From positions 6,510,001-6,574,000 of the forward strand of contig CM120643.1 in the NCBI GenBank assembly GCA_051362555.1: a stretch of 64,000 bases of DNA, in the 5' to 3' direction. Positions within the stretch are counted from its first letter, which is position 1; every line of letters starts with the position of its first letter. A program made the translations under genes and the position numbers. Origin of the DNA: Lingula anatina. Lineage: Eukaryota; Animalia; Brachiopoda. This document shows positions 36,440 to 48,925 of the stretch, piece by piece. The notes beneath the pieces are model-generated. The model searched no databases. It was not told the DNA's origin and was given only the letters and a program-made list of their open reading frames with translations.

Positions 36440-36825
36440 TCATAAAAAATTGTAAACATTAATATGTTTCCATTTCTCAAAACGTTGTCACAATATTTTC
36501 AGAAAAATTATAAAAAATATATTGTAATTAATTCAAATAAATGTGTTTAAAAATGTTTTTTAAAATGTTTGGAGAAAATGTTTTCAAAAAAGTTTTCAAA
36601 AAACATTTTTAAAACGTTATTAAAAAGTTTCAATAAACATTTTTGAAAAACGTTTTTAAAATGTATCAAGAAAATGTATTCAAAAATGTTTGTAAAACAT
36701 TTCCAACCTTTTGAGTTTTAAAGGTTCTTATTAAATTCCAAATAAAAAAAGGTTTTAAAAAAAAAACATCTTTTAAACATTCTTGTAATGTTTCAAGAAT
36801 TTTTTTTTTAAATGTTTTTAAATGT
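36440..36825. repeat. Low-complexity array of AAAA(C/T)GTTTT / AAAACATTTT quasi-palindromes
   Basis: More than 15 short A/T-tract palindromic units, probably the interior of a decayed MITE. Confidence 0.6.
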
Positions 36826-36829
36826 TCTT

Positions 36830-37126
36830 TGGGCATATCTCTGTCACTATTAGAGATATAAGGGCTGAATTATAGGTTAGGTTTGTATAGTTTCTGAAAA
36901 TCAGCAGAAATAATTTTTTTTTGCAAAAAATTCTCATTTTTAGAATATTTCCTCCCGTTTCACCTTGAAATAAAGGCCAAAGGTCAAATCCAAGGGCATA
37001 TTAGAAATCTCTATATATGACTTTCAGTTAGCCATTTATAGAAATTTTTCCCATAAAAAGCCAGCAGACGATACCAGTCAGGACTGCAACCATGTGTACC
37101 GCCAGCACCACGCTGATGGTACTATA
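36830..37126 (+). mobile_element. 3' fragment of the Helentron-type family
   Basis: Similar to 40180-40360 and ends in the hairpin tgtaccgccagc-acca-cgctgatggtac. Confidence 0.7.
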
Positions 37127-37306
37127 ACTCAGTAATCAAGCTGTTGTTTGGATCTTTTTCTATTACTATGAAAACAATTTAAAGGCTGTGCAATGGAGTT
37201 GCCATTTTAAAGCAGGAATTCATCTAAATTTAAAAGTGATAAAACAGAGAACAATGCTTATTGTTTTTTTTACAAACTCATGACTCACCTGCATAAGTAC
37301 CTTTCT

Positions 37307-37587
37307 AATGATGACATCATCTAGATCTTTGAACTCAGTGCTAGAGAGTATCACCACACAGCTTTTCTTTATATCCAATGATGACATCATCTAGATCTTT
37401 GAACTCAGTGCTAAAGAGGATCACCACACAGCTTTTCTTTATATCCAATGATGACATCATCTAGATCTTTGAACTCAGTGCTAAAGAGGATCACCACACA
37501 GCTTTTCTTTATATCCAATGATGACATCATCTAGATCTTTGAACTCAGTGCTAAAGAGGATCACCACACAGCTTTTCTTTAAATCCA
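37307..37587. repeat. 70-bp tandem repeat x4 inside an apparent minus-strand exon
   Basis: Units start at 37307, 37377, 37447 and 37517 and are nearly identical. Confidence 0.95.
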
Positions 37588-38600
37588 CATAATGATACCT
37601 ACAGATTTTATACCAATTTCTGAAATTAATCATTATTTTTATTCAAATAAGTAATGAATTGGGGAAAATTATCCATCAGTTTACTTAATATACATTTTTT
37701 CAAAATAAATCATTAATTTTATCAACTGCCACAATCAATAAATGGAATAACTTATTCACAATGTTTCTGAAAGATCTCACTTCTATACAGTGCTTTTGAA
37801 AAATATTTAGCTAACAGTGAGGAGTTACTAGTATTTGTCTTAAAGAGACGTTATGCAATTTTGTATTCGCCAATAGCTTTTATTTTTTCTGTTCTGTTAT
37901 TGATCACAGCTCTCTTTCATCCTACCTCCCCTTTTTCTTGAATTTCATAGAATTTTTCAAATACAGATGGAAAGCACTTACACTCCAGAAGCCTTCTTGG
38001 CTACCACTCACCAATCACAGGGAATATCTTCTTTATCATGGACTTATGAAACAATATAACCTGAAAATACATAAATTTTCATTGAAAAAATTAAAAGAAA
38101 AAGAAATATATTTTAATTTTTTAGAATTTAAAAATATCTGTTAGAATGTTGCAATGGTGTGTGTGTGTGTGTGTGCATGTGTGGACCATGGTAGCCTTAG
38201 GGCCATGGAAACCCAAAGACTTTCAGAGAGCCAATCTTTGACATTATCCTACATAATAATGACAATTAACATGCCTAATTTTTCTTTCTCAAATATATAT
38301 TTGAAGTTATAAATATTCACTTAATAAATAAAGAAGAGATCTTATCCATTAAAAAGACATTAAAGGACACATCCCTCAATACTTACTCATTACATTACAT
38401 TACATAACATTTGTCTTCATCTGGGTTGGCTGTATGGTATACCACCTAAAATATTAAGAAAGGACACAATTTGAGAATAGAATAAAAATATGGTTGTATG
38501 TATATATAACTGAAAAAAGAAAGAGTTACCCATCACTAACAACAGTCATATTATACTTCACTATTTCTCAGGTCGTCTGCTTTTTTTTGTTTACAACTGG

Positions 38601-38860
38601 TAGTGGTGGATTTAGGGGGGGGGGGGGGGGGGTGTCAAGGGGGTCCTGACCCCTGCTTCCATTACTGAAAAAAATCACACCAATGGTCCCCTCTTGGAAT
38701 TAGAAATTTGACTAGCTGAATCATAGTTTTAAACAGTACACCATTTGCCCTCCAAAATACCAAAAATTTTTCTGGGGCCCATGTCCTTGACCCCAAGGCG
38801 AGAAAGGGGGGGGGGGGGGGTGAGGGTTGGCTTAGCATCCAGCACCCCCCTACAAAATTA
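38601..38860. mobile_element. GC-rich MITE related to 9780-9990
   Basis: agtggtggatttagggggg terminus. The internal sequence is reverse-similar to 9870-9955. Confidence 0.5.
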
Positions 38861-38869
38861 ATCAATCAT

Positions 38870-40650
38870 ATATAGTACCACCAGCTGGAGAAAGCGCATT
38901 CATATGGAACCCCCCCCCCCCAAAAAAAAAAAAGAGACACCACCACCACCAGTCTTGTGCTTGACATCATAAAAAGTAGGTCAAAGGTCAATTTTAAGGT
39001 CACAGTAAATTGCCAGTATATGACTTCCTATTCAAGTTCAATAGTACCAGTAACTATGGACCTATCTCTGCCAGTTTTGGAGATAAAAGGAAACCAAATT
39101 TTACAAAGTTCAATTCATGATGAAAAGTAGGTCAAAGGTCAATTTCAAGGTCACACTTAGATTGCCAGTATATGACTTCCTATTCAAGTGCAATAGTAAC
39201 TTTGGACCTATCTCTGCCAGTTTTGGAGATAAAAGGGAACAAAAATTTGCAAAGTTCAGTTCATGGTGAAAAGTAGGTCAAAGGTCAATTTCAAGGTCAC
39301 GCTTAGATTGCCAGTATATGACTTCCTATTCAAGTGCAATAGTAACTATGGACCTATCTCTGCCAGTTTTGGAGATAAAAGGGAACAAAAATTTGCAAAG
39401 TTCAGTTCATGGTGAAAAGTAGGTCAAAGGTCAATTTGAAGGTCACACTTAGATTGCCAGTATATGACTTTCTATTCAAATTCAATAGTAACTATGGGCG
39501 TATCTTTGCCAGGTTTGGAGATAAAAGGGAACCAAAATATGCAAAGTTCAATTCATGATGAAAAGTAGGTCAAAGGTCAATTTCAAGGTCACACTCATAT
39601 TGCCAGTATATGACTTCCTATTCAACTTTAATAATAATTATTGACCTATCTCTGCCAGTTTTGGAGATATAAGGGACTAAATGTTACAATTCTGGAGTTA
39701 CAATAATGTGCCATAAATTCCCTACAGAAAAAAATTATTTAAATAAAGAAAAGGTCATTTTGGTTGAAATTCTTGAAATGGGAGGTGCTCAGAAGTTCCA
39801 GATGTTCAAATTTCATGAAATAATGTCATTTTTGACCAGAAGTTGTCTGCCTCGTCAAGCCTTATGTTCTATTTTCCTGGGGTTCAAAATTAATTATCCA
39901 TTACCATACTGCACATTTTGCTTTCACCACCACAATGTACTTTTTAATACAGCATAACATGAAAACCGTATGAAATACAAAAAAACGGAGACCACCTTCA
40001 GTGTTGGGCTTTACATGCTCTACAAAATGCAAAAAAGAACGGGTCTCTAGCATTAACGGTTCCCGAATTAGAGACAGTTTTCAGTTTCGGTATCTTATGG
40101 CCGCTTCTCCCATAAAAATGCACTGATTGACCCCAAATTCATGGAGATGAAAGATGACCCAAAGGGTAACACTTTCCAATAATATTATTGGTAAAGACTG
40201 TGTAGTTTCTGAAAATCAGCACAAATAATTTTTTTTTTGTAAAAAAATTTGTTTTTTTGAAAATTTTGGCCTTGAAGCAAAGGTCAAAGATCAAATCCAA
40301 GGGCATATTTGAAATCTCCACATATGACTTTCGGTCAGCCGTCTGTAGAAAATTTTTCCATAATTCCTTCGGTAAGGTAGATAATTGGCATTGAATTTTC
40401 AAAAATTTTGACAAGGGTGCATTTCAACGAGCGTCACGCCGAGGTCAATGCACAGACTGAGACAAAAAAACCTGGGGGTTCAAGTTGAGGTTATATGTGA
40501 CCTAAATCCAAGAGATGGGGACAGGAGTCCTTGCAGTCTAGGAGGAGAAGCGGTAACGGTGACTTGTATCCGGCGCCAGTACGCGGAGCCGGCGGAGCTG
40601 GCAGAGCCGGACGAGACGGGTCGGGACTAAAACATGCTGGTGGTACTAAT
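38870..40650 (+). mobile_element. Non-autonomous Helentron-type (HINE/DINE-like) element with ~5 central 146-bp repeats
   Basis: 5' subterminal agtaccaccagc pairs with 3' gctggtggtact. A CGGA-like microsatellite lies near the 3' end and the tandem array spans 38975-39680. Confidence 0.75.
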
Positions 40651-40989
40651 TTAAAATTAGTCACAACCAAACAAATAAATCCGTTTCTTGCCTATCAGGC
40701 AAATTTCATCAAAATCTCTATGTAAATTTTTGCAAACTTTTTTCCTCTATTAATTATCTCATTAATTAAGATATTGGTCACAACCAAAATCTAGTTATTT
40801 GTTTCTTGGTGCCCTCTGTTTCTGAAAATGTCATTAAAATCTGTCCATAACTTTTTGCATAATGTTTTAAAAGACTCGCAGTGACTTCCATACTCCATTG
40901 GTTTAATTGTAGGGTAAGGTGGTACATGTTTATAGTTCTTTAGCTCTCTCTTTCTCATTCTTTTTCTCTCCTCCTCTCTCTTTCTCTGA

Positions 40990-41033
<44 letters not shown>

Positions 41034-42715
41034 AAAGTCACATGATCATCAATACAAGTATGGTCAAATCCAACCTTGAAACCAGACACCTCTTCTACTA
41101 GTTTCTCTCCATCAAGATTGCAGTTTACAGATTTTAATGCTAAACTTTATCAATTAAAATGTCAATCACATAACTTATAAACTGATTGGTTAATTCAGCC
41201 ACATCTCCACCCGCCATGGTGGGCAAAACCCAGTAATTCCATGTAATAAAGATCTAACAGATTATAACTTGCTTGAAACAAAGGACATTAAAATTTAAAC
41301 GGTTAGGTTTGAATTTTGAAATATTATCTAAAGCTATTTATACATCTACGCTTCCCATGTGTGTATTTTATTAGACAAAAAAGACTTCTTTTAATTGAAT
41401 TAATAACACATCATGTATGAAAAGTTAAAAAAATAAAAGTACTATCCTTTCAATACGCAAACTCTCTCTCTCTCTCTGATGAATTACATTAAAATCCCTA
41501 TATACATTGTTGCATAACATGCTGCCTGTGCTGACAAACATTCAATTAACCATCTTATTATTAAGAAATGAATTATAATAAAAATCTTTTTTATTTTGTT
41601 TCTTGGTCCCCTCAGTTTTTGAAAAATGTCATCAAACTTTATCCATAATTAACTTTTAGCATTATATTTTGAAAAGACAGATAAACCAAGCAAAAAGCAC
41701 AACCAGTGATTCGTGGAGAAAATAAATTAAGTTTTTAAGTCTTTCACTGGAATAATATTATTTCTCAATCTAAATTACTAAAAATAACTGCATGTCAAAC
41801 AATAGATTTGAAACATAAATCATTATTCATATTTCACTATTAACTGTAAAATGTTTGATATCCTTGTTTATCCCACCTGGTGAATTTCTACAATTCCTCT
41901 TCCCTCCCTATATTCAAAGAGTGTCATTTGGTAAAGATCAAGTAAACTTCTTTGAGGAAAATGTCACCAAAGCTCCATTTTGTGACATTTCTATAAACAA
42001 TTGCTTTACAAAATTGCTTATCACATCATCTACAGAAACAGCCTGGCATGTGTGACAAATACAAACTGACTGATAAAATTACTTCTTGTCTTTTATCTGG
42101 CTAGGTGTAAATTGATGGAATGCCATGTTACCTGTTAAAACTGGGATCCAATATAATTATTTGGATCTTAGCTGTTCATCAATAATTAGTGAAGTGATGA
42201 CACACAATTATATGCAGTGTAGATAACATCTTTAAAACATGACATCTGAAGTATTGAAGACAAATGACTTCAACCAATCAGATATGTCCATTGTAACTGA
42301 CAGTTAACACTGTCCAATAATATAGAATGCCTGTATTCAAGATTTTATGTAGCAGTAGCCAAATGCAACTATATATTGCTTACATGTAGTATAAAAACTG
42401 GGTATATCATTTACAACAAGATCAAACAGCAACCAAGCCTGGATAAACAGTTATCAGAGATTGTGCTGCTGGAATTAGTATTGGACAGGAATTTTCAAGC
42501 CAGAACTAGAGGATCAGAGAGGCGATACCGCCTCCGAATATTGTACCACCAGCTGGAGCAAGCGCATTCGTATAGACCCCCACATACACAAAATAAGGGG
42601 TGCAGCCACCAGTCTTGTGCTTGACAAGCTGTAAAAATGCAATCAACAAGAATTTTCAAAATATGCAAAAAATATATATAACTAAAAATGGTGCAATCAA
42701 AGTTAAGTTCATTGT

Positions 42716-44295
42716 AAGGTAGGTCAAAGGTCAATTTCAAGGTCACAGTAAATTGCCAGTATATGACTTCCTATCCAACTTCAATAGTAACTATGGACCT
42801 ATCTCTGCCAGTTTTGGAGATAAAAGGGAAGCAAAATTTGCAAAGTTCAGTTCATGGTGAAAAGTAGGTCAAAGGTCAATTTCAAGGTCACAGTAAGATT
42901 GCCAGTATATGACTTCCTATTCAACTTCAATAGTAACTATGGACCTATCTCTGCCAGTTTTGGAGATAAAAGGGAAGCAAAATTTGCAAAGTTCAGTTCA
43001 TGGTGAAAAGTAGGTCAAAGGTCAATTTCAAGGTCACATTTAGATTGCCAGTATATGACTTCCTATTCAACTTCAATAGTAACTATGGACCTATCTCTGC
43101 CAGTTTTGGAGATAAAAGGGAAGCAAAATTTGCAAAGTTCAGTTCATGGTGAAAAGAAGGTCAAAGGTCAATTTCAAGGTCACAGTAAAATTGCCAGTAT
43201 ATGACTTCCTATGCAAGTTCAATAGTAACTATGGACCTATCTCTGCCAGTTTTGGAGATAAAAGGGAAGCAAATTTTGCAAAGTTCAGTTCAAGGTGAAA
43301 AGTAGGTCAAAGGTCAATTTCAAGGTCACAGTAAAATTGCCAGTATATGACTTCCTATTCAAGTTCAATAGTAACTATGGACCTATCTCTGCCAGTTTTG
43401 GAGATAAAAGGGAAGCAAAATTTGCAAAGTTCAGTTCATGGTGATAAGTAGGTCAAAGGTCAATTTCAAGGTCACAGTAAGATTGCCAGTATATGACTTC
43501 CTATTCAACTTCAATAGTAACTATGGACCTATCTCTGCCAGTTTTGGAGATAAAAGGGAAGCAAAATTTGCAAAGTTCAGTTCATGGTGAAAAGTAGGTC
43601 AAAGGTCAATTTCAAGGTCACATTTAGATTGCCAGTATATGACTTCCTATTCAACTTCAATAGTAACTATGGACCTATCTCTGCCAGTTTTGGAGATAAA
43701 AGGGAAGCAAAATTTGCAAAGTTCAGTTCATGGTGAAAAGAAGGTCAAAGGTCAATTTCAAGGTCACAGTAAAATTGCCAGTATATGACTTCCTATGCAA
43801 GTTCAATAGTAACTATGGACCTATCTCTGCCAGTTTTGGAGATAAAAGGGAAGCAAATTTTGCAAAGTTCAGTTCAAGGTGAAAAGTAGGTCAAAGGTCA
43901 ATTTCAAGGTCACAGTAAAATTGCTGGAGTATATGACTTCCTATTCAAGTTCAATAGTAACTATGGACCTATCTCTGCCAGTTTTGGAGATAAAAGGGAA
44001 GCAAAATTTGCAAAGTTCAGTTCATGGTGATAAGTAGGTCAAAGGTCAATTTCAAGGTCACAGTAAAATTGCCAGTAAATGACTTCCTATTCAACTTCAA
44101 TAGTAACTATGGACCTATCTCTGCCAGTTTTGGAGATAAAAGGGAAGCAAAATTTGCAAAGTTCAGTTCATGGTGAAAAGTAGGTCAAAGGTCAATGTCA
44201 AGGTCACAGTAAGATTGCCAGTATATGACTTCCTATTCAACTTCAATAGTAACTATGGACCTATCTCTGCCAGTTTTGGAGATATAAGGGACTAA
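42716..44295. repeat. 146-bp satellite array (~11 monomers) with a 4-monomer higher-order repeat
   Basis: AGGTCAAAGGTCA occurs at 42721, 42866, 43012, 43158, 43304, 43450, 43596, 43742, 43888, 44036 and 44182. Confidence 0.96.
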
Positions 44296-44534
44296 ATGTT
44301 ATAATTTTGGAGTTACCATAATGTGCCATAAATTTCCTACAGAAAAAATTAATTAAAATAAAGAAAAGGTCATTTTGGTCAAAGTTCTTGAAATGGGAGG
44401 TTCTCTGAAGTTGCAGAAGTTTAAATTTGATAAAATAATGTCATTTTTGACCACAAGTTGTCTGCTTTGCCAAGCATTATGTTTTATTTTTCCGGAGTTC
44501 AAAATTTATTATCCATTACCGTACTGCACATTTT

Positions 44535-44827
44535 TACGGAAGCCGACTGGTGCCATATGTTGAAAAAAAAAAATTATCTCGAAATTTCGAGATAGCATTT
44601 TTTTTGTTCAAATTTCAAAATACTATCTCGAAATTTCGAGATAAATTTTTTTGCTCAAATATCAAAATGCTATCTCGAAATTTCGAGATAATTTTTTTTT
44701 TGTTCAAATTTCAAAATGCTATCTCGAAATTTCGAGATAAAAATTTTTTTTGTTCAAATTTCAAAATAGTATCTCGAAATTTCGAGATAATTTTTTTTTC
44801 TACATATGGCACCAGTCGGCTTCCGTA
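44535..44827. mobile_element. IS3EU-like MITE nested in the Helentron-type element
   Basis: 26-bp perfect TIR TACGGAAGCCGACTGGTGCCATATGT, 6-bp TSD CATTTT, five internal TATCTCGAAATTTCGAGATA palindromes, and an empty site at ~39914 in the sister copy. Confidence 0.85.
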
Positions 44828-46528
44828 CATTTTCCTTTCACCACCAATATGTACTTTCTGATACAGCGTAACTCGAAAACCGTATGGAATACAAAAAAAC
44901 CGAGACCACTTCAGTGTTGGGCTTTACATGCTCTACAAAATGCAAAAAAGAATGGGTCTCTAGCATTAACGGTTCCCGAATTAGAGACAGTTTTCAGTTT
45001 CGGTATCTTATGGCCGCTACTCCCGTGAAAATGCACCGATTGACCCCAAATTCACGGAGATGAAAGATGACCTGAAGGGTAACACTTTCCAATAATATTA
45101 TTGGTTAAGTCTGTGTGGCGTCTGAATAACAGGGCAAAAAAATTTTTTTTCGTAAAAAATTTCATTTTTTTGAAAATTTTGACCCATTTGACCTTGAAGT
45201 AAAGGTCAAAGGTCAAATCCGAGGGTATATTTGAAATCTACACATATGACTTTTGGAAAGCCGTCTATAGAAATTTTTCCCGTAACTCCTTCTGTAGGGT
45301 AGATAATTAGCATTTAATTTTGCCATTTTTAGACAAGGGTGCATTGCAATGAGTGCCACACCCAGACCCCAATACCGACAAAGCCCAAATTTTACGTGGA
45401 ACGAGTTGAGATTATAGGTGACCTAAATCCATGAGATGGGTACGGGGGCCCTTACCGTCTAGGAGGAGAAGCGGTAACGGTAACATGGCGGCGGAGCCGG
45501 CGGAACGGACCGGACGGGACCGAAACCATGTGTACCGCCAGCGCTAACGCTGGTGGTAAATTTTTTTGTTCAAATTTCAAAATAGTATCTCGAAATTTCG
45601 AGATAATTTTTTTTTCTACATATGGCACCAGTGGGCTTCCGTACATTTTCCTTTCACCACCAATATGTACTTTTTGATACAGCGTAACTCGAAAACCGTA
45701 TGGAATACAAAAAAACCGAGACCACCTCCAGTGTTGGGCTTTACATGCTCTACAAAATGCAAAAAAGAATGGGTCTCTAGCATTAACGGTTCCCGAATTA
45801 GAGACAGTTTTCAGTTTCGGTATCTTATGGCCGCTACTCCTGTGAAAATGCACCGATTGACCCCAAATTCACGGAGATGAAAGATGACCTGAAGGGTAAC
45901 ACTTTCCAATAATATTATTGGTTAAGTCTGTGTGGTGTCTGAATAACAGGGCAAAAAATTTTTTTTTCGTAAAAAATTTCATTTTTTTGAAAATTTTGGC
46001 CCATTTGACCTTGAAGTAAAGGTCAAAGGTCAAATCCGAGGGTATATTTGAAATCTACACATATGACTTTTGGAAAGCCGTCTGTAGAAATTTTTCCCGT
46101 AACTCCTTCCGTAGGGTAGATAATTAGCATTTAATTTTGCCATTTTTGGACAAGGGTGCATTGCAATGAGTGCCACACCCAGACCCCAATACCGACAAAG
46201 CCCAAATTTTACGTGGAACGAGTTGAGATTATAGGTGACCTAAATCCATGAGATGGGTATGGGGGGCCTTACCGTCTAGGAGGAGAAGCGGTAACGGTAG
46301 CCGTCCGGCGGAGCCGGCGGAGCCGGCGGAACGATCCGGACGAGACCGAAACCATGTGTACCGCCAGCGCTAACGCTGGTGGTACAATAATTCTTACAGA
46401 TTTTCCAAGAGACTGGCTGCATGGTGCATAGTAAGTTTACGACACTGGCATAGCAAAGTTTACGACACTGGCATAACTACAGCTGAGGAATTGTCAGGAA
46501 AAAAGGACAACAAACAGGAAAAATATCT

Positions 46529-47350
46529 GTGACAAGACTATCACAACTAAGTTCTTGCACCATTCATGCAAAAATGCAGACTGGAGAGAAACTTCACAAG
46601 TGTAGAAACTGCGAGAAAACTTTTACACACAAAGGCTATCGCAGCTTCCATGAAAGAATTCACACAGGAGAGAAACCTTACAAGTGTAGATTCTGTGTTG
46701 AAGCTTTTAACTGCAAAGTTTCTTGCATCATTCATGAAAGAATTCACACAAGAGAGAGACTTTTCAAGTGCAGATTCTGTGTCAAATCTTTTAACAGCCA
46801 AGTTTTTTGCAACATTCATGAGAGAATTCACACTGGAAAGAGACTATTCCAGAGTAGTTTCTTTGACCAAACTTTCACACAACAAGGGCATTGCACATAT
46901 CATGAAAGGATTCACACAAGAGAGGAGCCATGTAAATGCAGATTTTGTGACAAAACCTTTAACAGCCAAGTTTCTTGCAACATACATTCTAGAATGCACA
47001 CTGAAGAGATTATAACAAAATCAGCCTATATTACACATAATAAAATTCACACTACTAAAAACTCATACAAATGCACATTTTGTGGAGTAGAATTCATTCA
47101 AGGGCATAGCTCCAAAACACATGGAAAAACCCACACCACAGGAAATCATGGCACCAACATTATACAAGAAACTTGTGGCATTGAAAGTGGGCAAAGCAAT
47201 GTTCAAGATCATGATGATGACATTTTTACCACAGAGAATATCAGCATCATTACTGACAATGATGTCTATGAAATACTTACTGGCATAAAAAGGACCACGC
47301 CAGGTGTCATCACAACAATTATGAAAAATCCTTTCTACAACTCAAAATGA
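46529..47350 (+). CDS. C2H2 zinc-finger array protein, degenerate or possibly a pseudogene
   Basis: Tandem CxxC..H...HTGEKPY-type fingers: about 5 intact, one with the cysteines lost (FQSSFFDQ) and one partly deleted. The first finger is frameshifted (CDKT lies in another frame). Confidence 0.75.
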   Translation: MTRLSQLSSCTIHAKMQTGEKLHKCRNCEKTFTHKGYRSFHERIHTGEKPYKCRFCVEAFNCKVSCIIHERIHTRERLFKCRFCVKSFNSQVFCNIHERIHTGKRLFQSSFFDQTFTQQGHCTYHERIHTREEPCKCRFCDKTFNSQVSCNIHSRMHTEEIITKSAYITHNKIHTTKNSYKCTFCGVEFIQGHSSKTHGKTHTTGNHGTNIIQETCGIESGQSNVQDHDDDIFTTENISIITDNDVYEILTGIKRTTPGVITTIMKNPFYNSK

Positions 47351-48925
47351 TATGTTCAGATGACAGAAAAAGAAAACTAATACAGAGTCATAACTAAGCT
47401 ATTTTTGGACAATCAATTTAAGAACAATCTAATTTTATAACTCATACATTTGATTTTAACATTTTATGTTTAACAATTATTATTGCTCTCAAACGTACTC
47501 TCATCAGACACATTAGTTATTATAGATCATCAATAAGAAAAGAATTGCCCTTAGTCAAATACATACCATTACACCAAAATATCCATATCTCCTCTCTTTA
47601 AATGTTAAAATTTGCAAATTTGGATACACAAGTGTTTCATTAAGGAATTCTGAGTCTACTGGATAAAAACCATTTAAAGCATTTCAAAGTTTTTTAATCT
47701 ATCAAATTTATATATTCAGTGACTTAGCGACAGAATAAACAGTTGAAAAAGAAACATCTTTCTGTTTATTCAGGATAATGAATGTTTGATTAAACCAGAC
47801 ATCAAAGACGGTTCATATACAGACATTAAAGAAACAACTAGGCAAGTCAGATGGTGAAAGAGTTTAAAGGGATAATAACTCTTCGTTTCGGCCAGGAAAC
47901 GCTCTTGTGCAAAGAATACGTATCTAAAGGCAGGATTAATGCACAGCATTTTTTTTTAGATATACCTATGACATGACGTGTGTGATGAGTTTCATAACTG
48001 ACACAGTAGTAGTTTAGATATGTGTATTCTACTTAAGAAATATATTAAATGTTAAAACAAAATTTAAGTTCTTCAAAATTAAATTTCGTTTAAGATGTCT
48101 TATTTTATCGATTTTAAAAAATGAAATGCAACAGACTTTCTCAAGACTGCCCTCCGTGGCCCAACTAATGTGCATATATATGTATGTATTAAGAGGAGAA
48201 AGGGTGTGTCTGTTACTGGGCTTCTGTCATTAGATCTCCTTTTGTGTAAGCTTACGTGTATTTCAAGTGCTTATGCAAATTAAATGACCATAATTAAAAA
48301 TGTATAAAATATTTACATCCATTTTGATTCAAAAACTGACATACAGTAGCAGGTTCGAATGTTAACTTGATTGCCAGAAATATTTTCATTCGGTACTTTT
48401 TATTACTATTCATTCAAACCAATGGCTATAATCGGGTTTTCTGCATGAAAGGAATTAAATTCAAATTATTAGATTTTGACCGTCAGTTTTGAACTCTCGA
48501 AATGCGGCAGAGTCTGTGTATGATTCTGAAAACAGGGTATTGTGGAGTGGGGGGGAGGAGCATGTCTTGGAGACGGCTTTCTCTCTGTGCTCCAGATCTC
48601 GCTTTCGTGAACTCGGATGATTTATGATTTTTATGTACATTATTGAGTCACTGTACATTCATTTTCGTCTTTGTTATCTTGTTATAACCAGTAGGAGAAT
48701 AACGACATGAAAGGCAAATAAAGACTTAAATAATATGACGTCAACACAGATTATGCAAAAAATACATTTTTCACGAGAAGAAACCTTTATGCGCATTTAC
48801 ATTGTAATGTTAATGTAGAAATAGCGTCTCTCTCTCTCTCTTTCTCTCTACGGAGTAGTATTCTGACATCAGAAGATACAAAGAAAAATGTAAGCACGAC
48901 GAATGCTTTAATAAGTAATTTGTCT

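Larger units (their letters stand above)
36135..42495 (-). pseudogene. Decayed multi-exon gene of unknown family
   Basis: Exon-like blocks with splice sites at ~36136-36251, 37290-37598, 37983-38061 and 41877-42495. All frames are interrupted or phase-incompatible. Confidence 0.3.
42504..46390 (+). mobile_element. Non-autonomous Helentron-type element with 11 central repeats, a nested MITE and a duplicated 3' end
   Basis: subTIR tattgtaccaccagc (42539-42553) pairs with gctggtggtacaata. The 3' hairpin is at 46357-46386, there is a CGGA-type microsatellite, and no TSD is visible. Confidence 0.8.

Noticed and set aside
37307-37587. Tandem C/D-box snoRNAs (ATGATGA in each unit)
   Set aside because: There is no terminal CTGA D box on the same strand; an intra-exon tandem duplication explains it better.
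44575-44790. CRISPR-like regularly spaced palindromes
   Set aside because: The spacers are near-identical to each other, the array lies inside TIRs with a TSD, there are no cas genes, and the context is eukaryotic.
44375-45880. Several 60-133 aa ORFs
   Set aside because: They lie within non-autonomous repeat sequence and have no Rep/helicase or other recognisable motifs.
46547-47015. Overlapping ORFs in other frames or on the other strand
   Set aside because: Shadow frames of the 84-nt zinc-finger periodicity.
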